Virus record (IMG/VR): IMGVR_UViG_3300020043_005956 | Span: 2,241-66,240 of that record | Length of the DNA stretch: 64,000 nucleotides | From: a virus | Lineage: Duplodnaviria > Caudoviricetes | Reading direction: 5' to 3' (one strand) | In this document: positions 55,705 to 63,836 of the stretch, in pieces | Position numbering within the stretch: position 1 is the stretch's first letter | How the letters are laid out: every line of letters starts with the position of its first letter | The notes under the pieces: generated by a model | The model's input: only the letters and a program-made list of their open reading frames with translations | Databases searched by the model: none | Told to the model about the DNA's origin: nothing | Translations under genes and position numbers: made by a program

Positions 55705-56112
55705 ATGAATAAAGCAACGATAACAAGAACGTATAAAAAGGACGTTACATTGGGCGAAATGAGCCTATCAAATTCCAAGGGTGAAACATTATCACTTAAA
55801 ACGATTGAACTGCCTTGGAAAGAAAATAAAAGCAGAATTTCTTGCATTCCAAAGGGAACTTATTCAGTAACATTCACCCCTTCGCCAAGGCTAAAAAAGA
55901 AAACTTATAGGGTTGTGAATGTGAAAGGTCGGGATGGGATTTTATTTCACCCAGCGAATTTTTCAAGTCAACTAAAGGGTTGCATTGCTCCTTGCTTAAA
56001 TCACGCCGATATTAATAATGACGGAGTTATTGATGGAACTTCAAGCAGAAATGCAACGGAAGCTTTAGAGAAATTCTTCCAAACAGAAAGTTTTGAGTTG
56101 ACTATTGAATAA
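55705..56112 (+). CDS. DUF5675-like protein (candidate lysin)
   Basis: TIELPWKEN...SCIPKGTY...RDGILFHPAN...GCIAP. Confidence 0.85.
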   Translation: MNKATITRTYKKDVTLGEMSLSNSKGETLSLKTIELPWKENKSRISCIPKGTYSVTFTPSPRLKKKTYRVVNVKGRDGILFHPANFSSQLKGCIAPCLNHADINNDGVIDGTSSRNATEALEKFFQTESFELTIE

Positions 56113-56118
56113 GTTTTT

Positions 56119-56218
56119 TAACTTTGCACAAAGTATAAACCTGTCGGTTGTTATTGACGTATCCACTTAGACAGGCTGCCCCTGAAGTTTCTTTGATTAC
56201 TTTGGGGGTTTCTTTTTT
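56119..56218 (+). ncRNA. candidate small RNA with own promoter and terminator
   Basis: TAACTTTG at 56119-56126; CCTGTC/GACAGG stem; 11-bp terminator stem plus T tract; no ATG-initiated ORF. Confidence 0.6.
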
Positions 56219-56231
56219 GTGGAAGGGGTGG

Positions 56232-56261
56232 AAAAAACAAAAGCCACCGATTAAAGTGGCT
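56232..56261 (-). terminator. terminator of the leftward operon
   Basis: AGCCAC/GTGGCT stem followed by TTTGTTTTTT on the minus strand. Confidence 0.65.
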
Positions 56262-56301
56262 CCTGTCCTGTTTACCTAATTACCTGTGGCAAAGGTAGGG
56301 A

Positions 56302-56592
56302 TTATTTTACTTCAAATTTAACTTTCTTTCCATGTTCAAACATCGTGTTTTGCTTGAACCTACATTTGCCCGATTTTCCGTTGCAAGGTTGGTATGCAAA
56401 ACAGGCTTTTCCGCATCCATCGTGTTCGGATATCTCCTCTGCTGCCCTACACCAAAAATACTTGTCGTTCTTTTCGGGTACAGCCTCAAATAGTTCAATT
56501 TCGGTCAATCCTTGCTCTTTGGCATCGTTCAAATGATAGTCCAACGTGTAGCACATTTCCGAGTTTTCGGTAAGAAAGTAGTATTTAGGCAT
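56302..56592 (-). CDS. Cys-rich small protein
   Basis: FWC...CGKACFAYQPCNGKSGKCRF. Confidence 0.7.
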   Translation of the reverse strand: MPKYYFLTENSEMCYTLDYHLNDAKEQGLTEIELFEAVPEKNDKYFWCRAAEEISEHDGCGKACFAYQPCNGKSGKCRFKQNTMFEHGKKVKFEVK

Positions 56593-56656
56593 TGTTTATT
56601 TGTTTATGTTAGGTATGTGCCATAAAGTGGCTTATGTCTGGTAGTTAGCACCAATT

Positions 56657-56851
56657 TTAAGAAGTGCTACCATCAACAATTTCATCATTTAAAAACTTTT
56701 CTACGCTTTCTCTTCTTGGTGTTTTCAAAACTACGATTTGACTCCCATCGGTGTCGTGTAAATGAAGTAACACTTGTGCTTCAAATTGCATACCTACATC
56801 ACCATTTTTAGGTGAAATAGTTACTACTTTTAATTCGGTTTCTTGTATCAT
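56657..56851 (-). CDS. cassette-borne hypothetical protein
   Basis: fills cassette 1 almost exactly. Confidence 0.7.
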   Translation of the reverse strand: MIQETELKVVTISPKNGDVGMQFEAQVLLHLHDTDGSQIVVLKTPRRESVEKFLNDEIVDGSTS

Positions 56852-56985
56852 AAAAAACTGGTGCTAACATTGGTTTTACGCAAGTGGGGGTTAGCGTTTA
56901 ACCCATCTTACGTGCTTTTTATAATCTTTTGTGCAGGTTGAAAGTTTTGTGCTATTTAGCCCCACCTGCGTAAAGCCAAATCACG

Positions 56986-57192
56986 TTATAGGGCATTTTG
57001 AGAACCCAACAACTCAACTTTAATAATCCTGTCATCTTCCGAAAAATTAATCGGACTATCATTAAAGTTATCTGAAATGAACTTGTAAGCAGCCATAGGG
57101 TCGCAATTAAATTCATCATGAAATGTTTTTTCATCAATCATATCGGTGCAATCAAACTCCACCGTTACTTTAAAACCAATATTTTTTTCCAT
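56986..57192 (-). CDS. cassette-borne hypothetical protein
   Basis: fills cassette 2; stop codon lies within the GTTA core. Confidence 0.7.
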   Translation of the reverse strand: MEKNIGFKVTVEFDCTDMIDEKTFHDEFNCDPMAAYKFISDNFNDSPINFSEDDRIIKVELLGSQNAL

Positions 57193-57350
57193 TGTAATTA
57201 AATTAAAAACGCCCTATAACAAACAATAACCGCAAGTGGGGGCGATATACCACATTGAAGCTATTTTGCACCTAAGAAAGTTTATCGTCAAGTGAAAGGT
57301 TGGTACATTAAACCCCACCTGACGGTTATTGTCAGCCGTTATCGGTAATT

Positions 57351-57560
57351 TTAACGAGCCGCTATTTCAAGTTCACCACCATTTTGACTAACGAATGTTT
57401 CTTTACAATTTCTGCAACGATAGTATTTTAAGTTTCCATACCAATCTGTGTTCATATCTGAAATAAGTTTCAGCTTCTTTTCACAGTCAGGACATAAAAC
57501 TACCGATAACACATTATTTGCGTCAGTGGGGCTTTCGTTTTTTAAATTATTATTTTCCAT
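57351..57560 (-). CDS. cassette-borne zinc-ribbon protein
   Basis: CPDC...CRNC; N-terminus is read through the attC remnant. Confidence 0.7.
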   Translation of the reverse strand: MENNNLKNESPTDANNVLSVVLCPDCEKKLKLISDMNTDWYGNLKYYRCRNCKETFVSQNGGELEIAAR

Positions 57561-57570
57561 GTTTCAATTT

Positions 57571-57801
57571 TTACTTAATTTTAATCATCACCCTATCCCC
57601 GACCTGCCTTACAAACTGCCCTTTGATGGTAAGGACAGAATCTTTTCCAACTTTACCGAGGTTGTAACCGATTGGGATTTGATTGTTTATGATTGACTTT
57701 GGCTGCGAGTGGTTCTTGCTGCAAATCGTTGGCATTGATAGCCAAATAAACAATGCAACTGCAATGTAACTGACCAAAGCGAACTTAGCAAATGTTTCCA
57801 T
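57571..57801 (-). CDS. membrane-anchored hypothetical protein
   Basis: ORF track 57571..57819; probable start METFAK. Confidence 0.55.
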   Translation of the reverse strand: METFAKFALVSYIAVALFIWLSMPTICSKNHSQPKSIINNQIPIGYNLGKVGKDSVLTIKGQFVRQVGDRVMIKIK

Positions 57802-57802
57802 C

Positions 57803-58111
57803 CTACACCTCCTTTTCAATGATTAATTTCTCGATTTTCTTTACCATCATTTCTCTTATTGTTGGGTTTTCGTTTGCGATGGTTTTGAAGTTGCTGGAAA
57901 ATTGAAAATTGGTAAACTCGTTAAAAAAGTTAACATATTTTTCAATGGCTCTAAATCCAGCTTGAAGCATATCATTTTCTGTTTGCTCAATTGCAATTTC
58001 TGCATCAATACCTTCCAGCCTATCCCTTTCAATCTTCGCAACCTTCAATATCTGGTCATAGTGGCAAGGTTGGCAGCGTACTTGGATGCGTTTGGTTCTT
58101 GTTTGCTTCAT
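57803..58111 (-). CDS. hypothetical protein with RHH-like N-terminus
   Basis: RTKRIQVRC...YDQILKVAK. Confidence 0.55.
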   Translation of the reverse strand: MKQTRTKRIQVRCQPCHYDQILKVAKIERDRLEGIDAEIAIEQTENDMLQAGFRAIEKYVNFFNEFTNFQFSSNFKTIANENPTIREMMVKKIEKLIIEKEV

Positions 58112-58569
58112 GCTTTGTCCTCCTTCAAAGTTACTTGAACACCTTTAACCTCCGATGCAATGGTAAGTAGTTCGGATATGGTAAGTTGCTCGGTTCTAAT
58201 TGGTTTTGCGGTCGTGTGGATAGAAAATCCTGTCAATGCTGATGGATTTTTTGCAATAAAATAATCCTTTCCATCGTCATTGAATTTAGCAACAACGATT
58301 CTTTTGGTAAATATATCAGCATCCCATACTTTCACCTCCATCTCGCAAGGAAATTCAACATCTTCCTCAATGCCAAGTTCGGCTAAGGTTGGGATGTGGT
58401 CGAAGATTTTCCGTTCTTCCTCGGTAAAAGCAATTTTAGTATGAGGCCGCAGTGCAATCTCGTTTTCAATCACTTCATTTAATTCCCTTTTAAACGCTTC
58501 ATTTAGCTGTTTGGCGTTCTTATTAAATTGCCACCAATTAGACCATTTGGTAATAAATTGTTCTTTCAT
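58108..58569 (-). CDS. hypothetical protein
   Basis: ORF track. Confidence 0.6.
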   Translation of the reverse strand: MKEQFITKWSNWWQFNKNAKQLNEAFKRELNEVIENEIALRPHTKIAFTEEERKIFDHIPTLAELGIEEDVEFPCEMEVKVWDADIFTKRIVVAKFNDDGKDYFIAKNPSALTGFSIHTTAKPIRTEQLTISELLTIASEVKGVQVTLKEDKA

Positions 58570-58570
58570 T

Positions 58571-58786
58571 TTATTGTTTTTTGCTAAATAGTTTCGCTAT
58601 TTCATTCCCGTAAATTATCTCGTCTTTACGCTTCAAATTTACTTCTTTCCCAACACTTCGCCACCTCTCATTAATCCCGCCGCAATATTTCATTAATGGA
58701 GGGTTGAAAGTTCGTTTGAATAGTCTTAATTTGCCATCAATTATCTCGGTAATTTCAAGGCAGTCATGTAGTTTGTAGGCGGTCAT
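58571..58786 (-). CDS. hypothetical protein
   Basis: ORF track. Confidence 0.55.
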   Translation of the reverse strand: MTAYKLHDCLEITEIIDGKLRLFKRTFNPPLMKYCGGINERWRSVGKEVNLKRKDEIIYGNEIAKLFSKKQ

Positions 58787-58850
58787 TTTGTTTATTTAAA
58801 AGTTTTGGTTCGGTTGGATGTCGGAAAGGCGGTAAAGGTTGAATGGGGTA

Positions 58851-59159
58851 TTAATATCCCCACCTTCCAAAAGTGTTTGAAAATGGAATCCATTGGCTGC
58901 CTCCTTTTTTATTTCTGATTTGCAACCCTTTTTTTGGGTTTCTGTCCAAAACCACATAAGTTTCCCCTTTTCTAAAATATTTTGCAGGTTTTACATCTTT
59001 AACCACTTTTATGCTTTGGCCAATACTTACAAAAAGCAAATCTTTTTTATAATTATCATCTTCTATTTCAATTAAAGACAAGTCTAATTCGCATTGCGTC
59101 TTATAGTTTTTAATAGTTTCAATTGCACTTTGATACTCTTCGTAGGTTATTCTTTTCAT
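58851..59159 (-). CDS. hypothetical protein
   Basis: ORF track. Confidence 0.6.
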   Translation of the reverse strand: MKRITYEEYQSAIETIKNYKTQCELDLSLIEIEDDNYKKDLLFVSIGQSIKVVKDVKPAKYFRKGETYVVLDRNPKKGLQIRNKKGGSQWIPFSNTFGRWGY

Positions 59160-59179
59160 TTTGTTTGTTATTTGGATTA

Positions 59180-61069
59180 TTAAAAGTCAGGGTCGGGAAA
59201 AGTTTCTTCCCTTAATGCCCTTGGTGTCGAAATTGGATTGAACTCAATATTTGGCTTGATTAAAGAAGGTTTCGGTTCGTCAATCTCCAATGTACTCAAC
59301 TGCGTTCCTTGCTTTTTATGGTATTCGACAATTGGGTCAAATCCCTGGCTGTCAGAAAAACCGCACATACCCTTGTTCATTGTCAAAATATACGGAGAAT
59401 CGCTTGGTGTATATTTTCCACCCGTTTCGATTTCTTTAATCTTCCTAACGTGAAGTTCTGTTTGCATCCATTTTTCGGGGTCTTGAATTTCCCTATGAAT
59501 TGTAATAAAATCATCCGCTTTGTTGGCAAACTTTCCACCACCTTCGGTATCTGCTTTTCCCGGCGCTGTTTTTATTCTCATTGCTCCTGTAATTACATGG
59601 CAGTTTAAGTAAACACAGGTGTCGTTCTTTTTGGCAAATAGTTGCATTTCTGATGCAGCCTCGTAGTGGTACTCATGGGTGCTTAGTTTGCTATTATCTG
59701 AAAGGTCAATTTTAAGGCTATTGTAAGGGTCGGCCAAAACTCCATCAATTCCATATTTTTGCTTAACCTCCAAGGACATTGTTAAAATATCTTTGTAGTT
59801 GTAAATTTGCTCGTTGGCTATGATTTTAAAGTGTTTACCTATAAACTCGTAGGCAATTTTATATTGAGATTCAGTCATTCTCATTATACTGATTCCCCAA
59901 TAAAACTCCATTGCTTTTTTAAAGAAGTTTCCGCTTTTATTTTCGGAGGTATAAATAAGCCACTTCCAATCATGAAGCATTGCAGATACAACTGCAAAGT
60001 ACCAAATTGTCGTTGACTTACCTACGTTGTCAAACCCATTGAAAACGTTGAAGTTTCCACGCTTAAAACGGAAATGTTCGTCTAATGATGGAAAACCCGT
60101 TGTCAATCCCATTTCAAAAGTACCTGTCCTCCATTTTAGCAAGTATTCGTCAATTTCGTTTTTTGGCGCAAGAAAAGAAAGGCTTTCAATAAATTCCTGT
60201 GAAACAGAAGGCTTTATGGATTGAACGGCATTGTGCTTTGGTTCGTATTCCCTAACCTCAATTGGGTATTGCTTTCCGTATTCAATTCCATCTTTAATTG
60301 TTTTCTTTGCTCCTGAAAGGTCATCAATATCTTTTAGGCTTATTTCATACTCTAATATTCTGTATGCCTCGCTTTCTGTAATCAATCCTGCTGCAATATA
60401 CCCGCCAGCTAATTTTGATGCCCTAAGCAAAGTTTCGTGCTTTTCTCCATCAACGCTGTTGCGTATCATTTCGGCTGAAATGTTTATCTTGGAATAGTCG
60501 GTACGAACTGCATCGTGGATATTGTTAACTGATTTTCTTACTTCGTTTTCGTCCACAAATTCCGTAAACTCAACCGCTTCCTTGTTTATCCAAAGGTCGG
60601 CATCGCAACTTTCATAACAGATTCTTGAAATATTTTTACTTGTCGGGTCTGCCGTTGGGAATTTTTTAAGCAAAGCCAAATAATGGCCTTTGTGCTTTTC
60701 GGCATCTGCTGGAATTTTAACCAAGACTTTCACTCCGTTCCCGCTTGGACTAATAAAAGCCGAATAAATGAAGGGGTAAATTTTAAGATTATCCCTAAAA
60801 GTTGCAGGCTCGTTCAGTTTGTCAAAATCCATTATGGCAAACCCACTATGTTCGACAATTGACTTATCGTTTCTTGTTGTGAATTTTCCCGAAAAACAAA
60901 TGCAAGGAAGTGAGTTTTTCAATTTCTTTATTTCTACCTTGTCAGTAGATTGCCTCAGATTGTCGATTTTTTGCGATATGTGACACTTTTTTATCCTTTC
61001 CAACACAGAGTCCACCGAAAGGTAAAAGGGGCTGTCTGATGCAAAATTTTGAAATATTGTCGCTTTCAT
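59180..61069 (-). CDS. primase (BT4734/VirE-N-like) fused to DnaB-like helicase
   Basis: LPCICFSGKF, MDFDKL, FISPSGNGVK, RICYESCD; TGFPSLD, GFDNVGKS, LADPYN. Confidence 0.88.
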   Translation of the reverse strand: MKATIFQNFASDSPFYLSVDSVLERIKKCHISQKIDNLRQSTDKVEIKKLKNSLPCICFSGKFTTRNDKSIVEHSGFAIMDFDKLNEPATFRDNLKIYPFIYSAFISPSGNGVKVLVKIPADAEKHKGHYLALLKKFPTADPTSKNISRICYESCDADLWINKEAVEFTEFVDENEVRKSVNNIHDAVRTDYSKINISAEMIRNSVDGEKHETLLRASKLAGGYIAAGLITESEAYRILEYEISLKDIDDLSGAKKTIKDGIEYGKQYPIEVREYEPKHNAVQSIKPSVSQEFIESLSFLAPKNEIDEYLLKWRTGTFEMGLTTGFPSLDEHFRFKRGNFNVFNGFDNVGKSTTIWYFAVVSAMLHDWKWLIYTSENKSGNFFKKAMEFYWGISIMRMTESQYKIAYEFIGKHFKIIANEQIYNYKDILTMSLEVKQKYGIDGVLADPYNSLKIDLSDNSKLSTHEYHYEAASEMQLFAKKNDTCVYLNCHVITGAMRIKTAPGKADTEGGGKFANKADDFITIHREIQDPEKWMQTELHVRKIKEIETGGKYTPSDSPYILTMNKGMCGFSDSQGFDPIVEYHKKQGTQLSTLEIDEPKPSLIKPNIEFNPISTPRALREETFPDPDF

Positions 61070-61083
61070 GTTTTATTACTGTT

Positions 61084-61899
61084 TTACCAACCTCTCATTT
61101 CTTCAACGGTCATTGGTGGTTTTTTTGCTGGTTGTTGCGCTAAAGGAACTCTTTTTCCAAAATTCTTTACAAGCCAATTTATTGAGGTCAGATAAAGTGA
61201 TTTGTAGTTTTTGTTTTTAGCGTAGTTTTCAATTGCTCTGTAAACTTGAACAATCTCATCTTGAGTGTAACCAGCTTCAATTAACTTTTGATTTTCTGTA
61301 ACTGAAATTTTCAAGTGAGCAAAGGCATGGTAAATTTCTTCCTTTCCCTTTTCCCCTTGCATTCCCTTTTCCTTATCCTTATCTTCATTTGCATTTACAA
61401 TTGCTAAATGCTTAAGCATAGCTTCAAGCATAGCTTCAAGGGTTGCTTGTGTAATTTCTGTTTCATTTTGTATTATTTCCAAGGTTTGTTCCTGACTTAA
61501 ACCGAAAAAACAATTTTTTAACCTTTGGTAGTCTTTTGAATTTAAAAAGCCTTTTGCCTTTTTCCAAAATTGACCAATAGTACCATTAACTGATTGTTTT
61601 TCAGAGAATTGTTTCCTGTCCTCAACAACCTTTGCCAAGGCTTCGTTATACCAACCCTTATCGCATAGCTTAAACTTAGCTTCAAGCACAGCTTCAAGAA
61701 TAGCTTGTGTTGAGCCACTACAATACATAATGATTCTTTTCAAGTCAGTAGGAATAAAATCGTGCTGGTGTTGGTAAATAAGAAGGTCAATAAAAATTCC
61801 ACGCTCTTCGGGAAGCAATGTTCTTGTTCCTTCGTAGAAATCTTTGGAGTAGAATAAAAAAGCTGGGTCACGCATGGTAGTTGGGGTAATTTGGTTCAA
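61084..61899 (-). CDS. DUF1376/YdaU-like replication initiator
   Basis: DPAFLFYSKDF...EERGIFIDLLIYQHQ; start may be MRDPAF. Confidence 0.8.
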   Translation of the reverse strand: MNQITPTTMRDPAFLFYSKDFYEGTRTLLPEERGIFIDLLIYQHQHDFIPTDLKRIIMYCSGSTQAILEAVLEAKFKLCDKGWYNEALAKVVEDRKQFSEKQSVNGTIGQFWKKAKGFLNSKDYQRLKNCFFGLSQEQTLEIIQNETEITQATLEAMLEAMLKHLAIVNANEDKDKEKGMQGEKGKEEIYHAFAHLKISVTENQKLIEAGYTQDEIVQVYRAIENYAKNKNYKSLYLTSINWLVKNFGKRVPLAQQPAKKPPMTVEEMRGW

Positions 61900-62401
61900 A
61901 TGTTAATTCCTTTGAAAGTCCTTCATGTATAGGGTTGTGTTTTCCTTGGCTAATAAAATTTATACCATCATAGTCATAAATGTATTTATAGAGTTTTATG
62001 TTTTTAAAAAGAGATGGTAAAAAATAAAAAGAATTATTTTCGTCCACACTATCTCCAATCATTCTGTAACGGATTGCGTAATCTAAATTTGGGTGAAACT
62101 TGCTTAAATAAGACTTAACCCCTCTTCCATATTTTAATATTTGAACAAAAGTTTCAAAGCTAATTTTACCTTGCTTTAGTTCAAAAATATCAATAAGAAG
62201 ATAAGGTATTCTTTTAACAGACCTATCTTCTTGTATTGTGTCAACATAAACTTTGTTTACTGTTATTAGGTCGGCTACGCCATAAATACCTAATCTTACC
62301 TGTCTTAGTTTTGCTCCTTCGATGTCTAATCCTCTTTGCTGTAATAGGGGGGTTGGGGTGGAGAAAATAATGTCTTCAAGATTTTTTTCTGAAAATTTCA
62401 T
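61868..62401 (-). CDS. PD-(D/E)XK nuclease-like protein
   Basis: SEKNLED...RQVRL...GVADL...IFELK...QILKY. Confidence 0.7.
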   Translation of the reverse strand: MKFSEKNLEDIIFSTPTPLLQQRGLDIEGAKLRQVRLGIYGVADLITVNKVYVDTIQEDRSVKRIPYLLIDIFELKQGKISFETFVQILKYGRGVKSYLSKFHPNLDYAIRYRMIGDSVDENNSFYFLPSLFKNIKLYKYIYDYDGINFISQGKHNPIHEGLSKELTFEPNYPNYHA

Positions 62402-62548
62402 TTGGACGCAAAAATAAATCCCCCAAGTTCACGCAAAGGCTCACCCAAGGATTCTGTTGCGTCAACAGATTTTTTTTGGCAATGCGTGAAAAGGGGGAAG
62501 TGTGATTTGTAGTTATCATAATCCTTGTTTGTGAGCGAAGCAAAGATA
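62402..62548 (-). promoter_or_regulatory. promoter plus structured leader of the replication operon
   Basis: TATCTTTG; GCTCAC..AAGGATT/AATCCTT..GTGAGC; CCCC..TTCACGCA/TGCGTGAA..GGGG plus T tract. Confidence 0.65.
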
Positions 62549-62556
62549 CTAATTTT

Positions 62557-62739
62557 TCAAACCATCAATGAAATTTCTTTCATCAACCGATTTTCTTTTT
62601 CAACAGCTTTTTCAACTTCAACGATTGAGAGCTTTCCTTCAATGCGTGAAAGCCTTGAATCAACAACCTGCTGAAAGAGTTGAAAAGCTTTGTCGTTGAC
62701 TTTGATTTTGTCTGGGCAGATGGCGGCGTGGTTTTTCAT
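62557..62739 (-). CDS. hypothetical protein
   Basis: ORF track. Confidence 0.55.
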   Translation of the reverse strand: MKNHAAICPDKIKVNDKAFQLFQQVVDSRLSRIEGKLSIVEVEKAVEKENRLMKEISLMV

Positions 62740-62744
62740 TGGTT

Positions 62745-63161
62745 TTATTTAAAGGCAAGGTTTATTTTTTCTGAAAGAAGTTTCTCTGCGTCAAGGGTAT
62801 AAGATAATTCTTGCCAAAGCGGGACTTTGTGATTACTCCATTCTAAAAACTTGTATTCCATATATCTTTTTTTTGCTAATTCCAATCTTTCTTTTTGTTT
62901 TTTTGGCAATTTTGATTTACAGAAAAAAACTAATCTTAAATCAATTTTACGAATGCGTAAATCATCCTCAAAAACATTAAAATCAGCCCTTACTCCAATA
63001 AGTTCAAATTCTATGCCGTTTTCAAAAAAAGTTTTATTTTGGTATCTGTCAAAAGTTTCCCTTTCTACTTTTTCTTTTATTTTCTCAACAATAGCGTTTA
63101 CTGCCGAGGCTGCTTTAAATCTTTCTTGTTGAGCTTCAATTAAAAATTTCACTAATTCCAT
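62745..63161 (-). CDS. hypothetical protein
   Basis: ORF track. Confidence 0.6.
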   Translation of the reverse strand: MELVKFLIEAQQERFKAASAVNAIVEKIKEKVERETFDRYQNKTFFENGIEFELIGVRADFNVFEDDLRIRKIDLRLVFFCKSKLPKKQKERLELAKKRYMEYKFLEWSNHKVPLWQELSYTLDAEKLLSEKINLAFK

Positions 63162-63192
63162 TGGTTTAAAGTTTTTGGTTATTAATAATCGG

Positions 63193-63582
63193 TCATTGGT
63201 TCAATCCTTCAAAAATTAATTCTTTGCCACTTGTGAAGTAAAACACGTTATGGAGGTGATGGATTCCTGTTAATTCGATTCGGTGGACGTATTCAATCCA
63301 TTTTCCATTGACAAAGTTAATTTGCATCCCGTGTAGGTTGTATGAGTTTTCACGGATTTTGATTGCACCAACTTTGGTTAGTAGTTCCTCGGTGATGGGG
63401 ATGGGTTCGGCAAAATCTGAATATTCGGTCAGTCCATGAACTTCTGTTTCGCCTAAATAAACCCTTTGTCCAAACTTAATAATATTTGGTCTTGATTCGT
63501 TTTCAAAAAAATCAATTCGTATTATTTTACCACCTCGGTCTTTCACAAGGTTCCCAATCCTGAGTTCGTTTGCTTTTATCAT
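63193..63582 (-). CDS. conserved Bacteroidota-phage protein
   Basis: ANELRIGNLV...PIPITEELL...HHLHNVFYFTSGKEL pattern. Confidence 0.75.
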   Translation of the reverse strand: MIKANELRIGNLVKDRGGKIIRIDFFENESRPNIIKFGQRVYLGETEVHGLTEYSDFAEPIPITEELLTKVGAIKIRENSYNLHGMQINFVNGKWIEYVHRIELTGIHHLHNVFYFTSGKELIFEGLNQ

Positions 63583-63587
63583 TGGTT

Positions 63588-63626
63588 ATGTGGATAGTTA
63601 ATGTGGATAGTTAATGTGGATAGTTA
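63588..63626. repeat. perfect 13-bp tandem repeat x3
   Basis: ATGTGGATAGTTA at 63588, 63601 and 63614. Confidence 0.95.
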
Positions 63627-63836
63627 TTACTCAATCAATAAATTATATTCGGATAGGTACTCTCGTATCTTCTCCCTGCTATCTTGATAGGCAATATACA
63701 TATCTTCGGGCAGAGTCTCATATTTGAGTTTGCCTCTTAGATATTGGTCATATTCAAATATAGCCGCAGCATACTTACTGCCATTAATTGCTAATTGTGC
63801 TTCTTCGATTGTGTCGAACTCTAGGATTATCTTCAT
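63627..63836 (-). CDS. conserved small phage protein
   Basis: AINGSKY...EYDQYLRGKLKY pattern. Confidence 0.7.
   Translation of the reverse strand: MKIILEFDTIEEAQLAINGSKYAAAIFEYDQYLRGKLKYETLPEDMYIAYQDSREKIREYLSEYNLLIE

Larger units (their letters stand above)
56644..57560 (+). mobile_element. array of three integron-type gene cassettes (attC sites, no integrase in window)
   Basis: each cassette begins GTTA... and ends with its own near-perfect inverse core; about 130-bp palindromic attC at 56862-56991 and 57214-57344; third attC truncated. Confidence 0.8.

Noticed and set aside
56600-56643. Possible attC/attI left of cassette 1
   Set aside because: No clear inverse core or palindrome could be identified by eye.
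56952-57137. 61-aa alternative-frame ORF in cassette 2
   Set aside because: Overlaps the better-fitting 56986..57192 ORF and runs into the attC.
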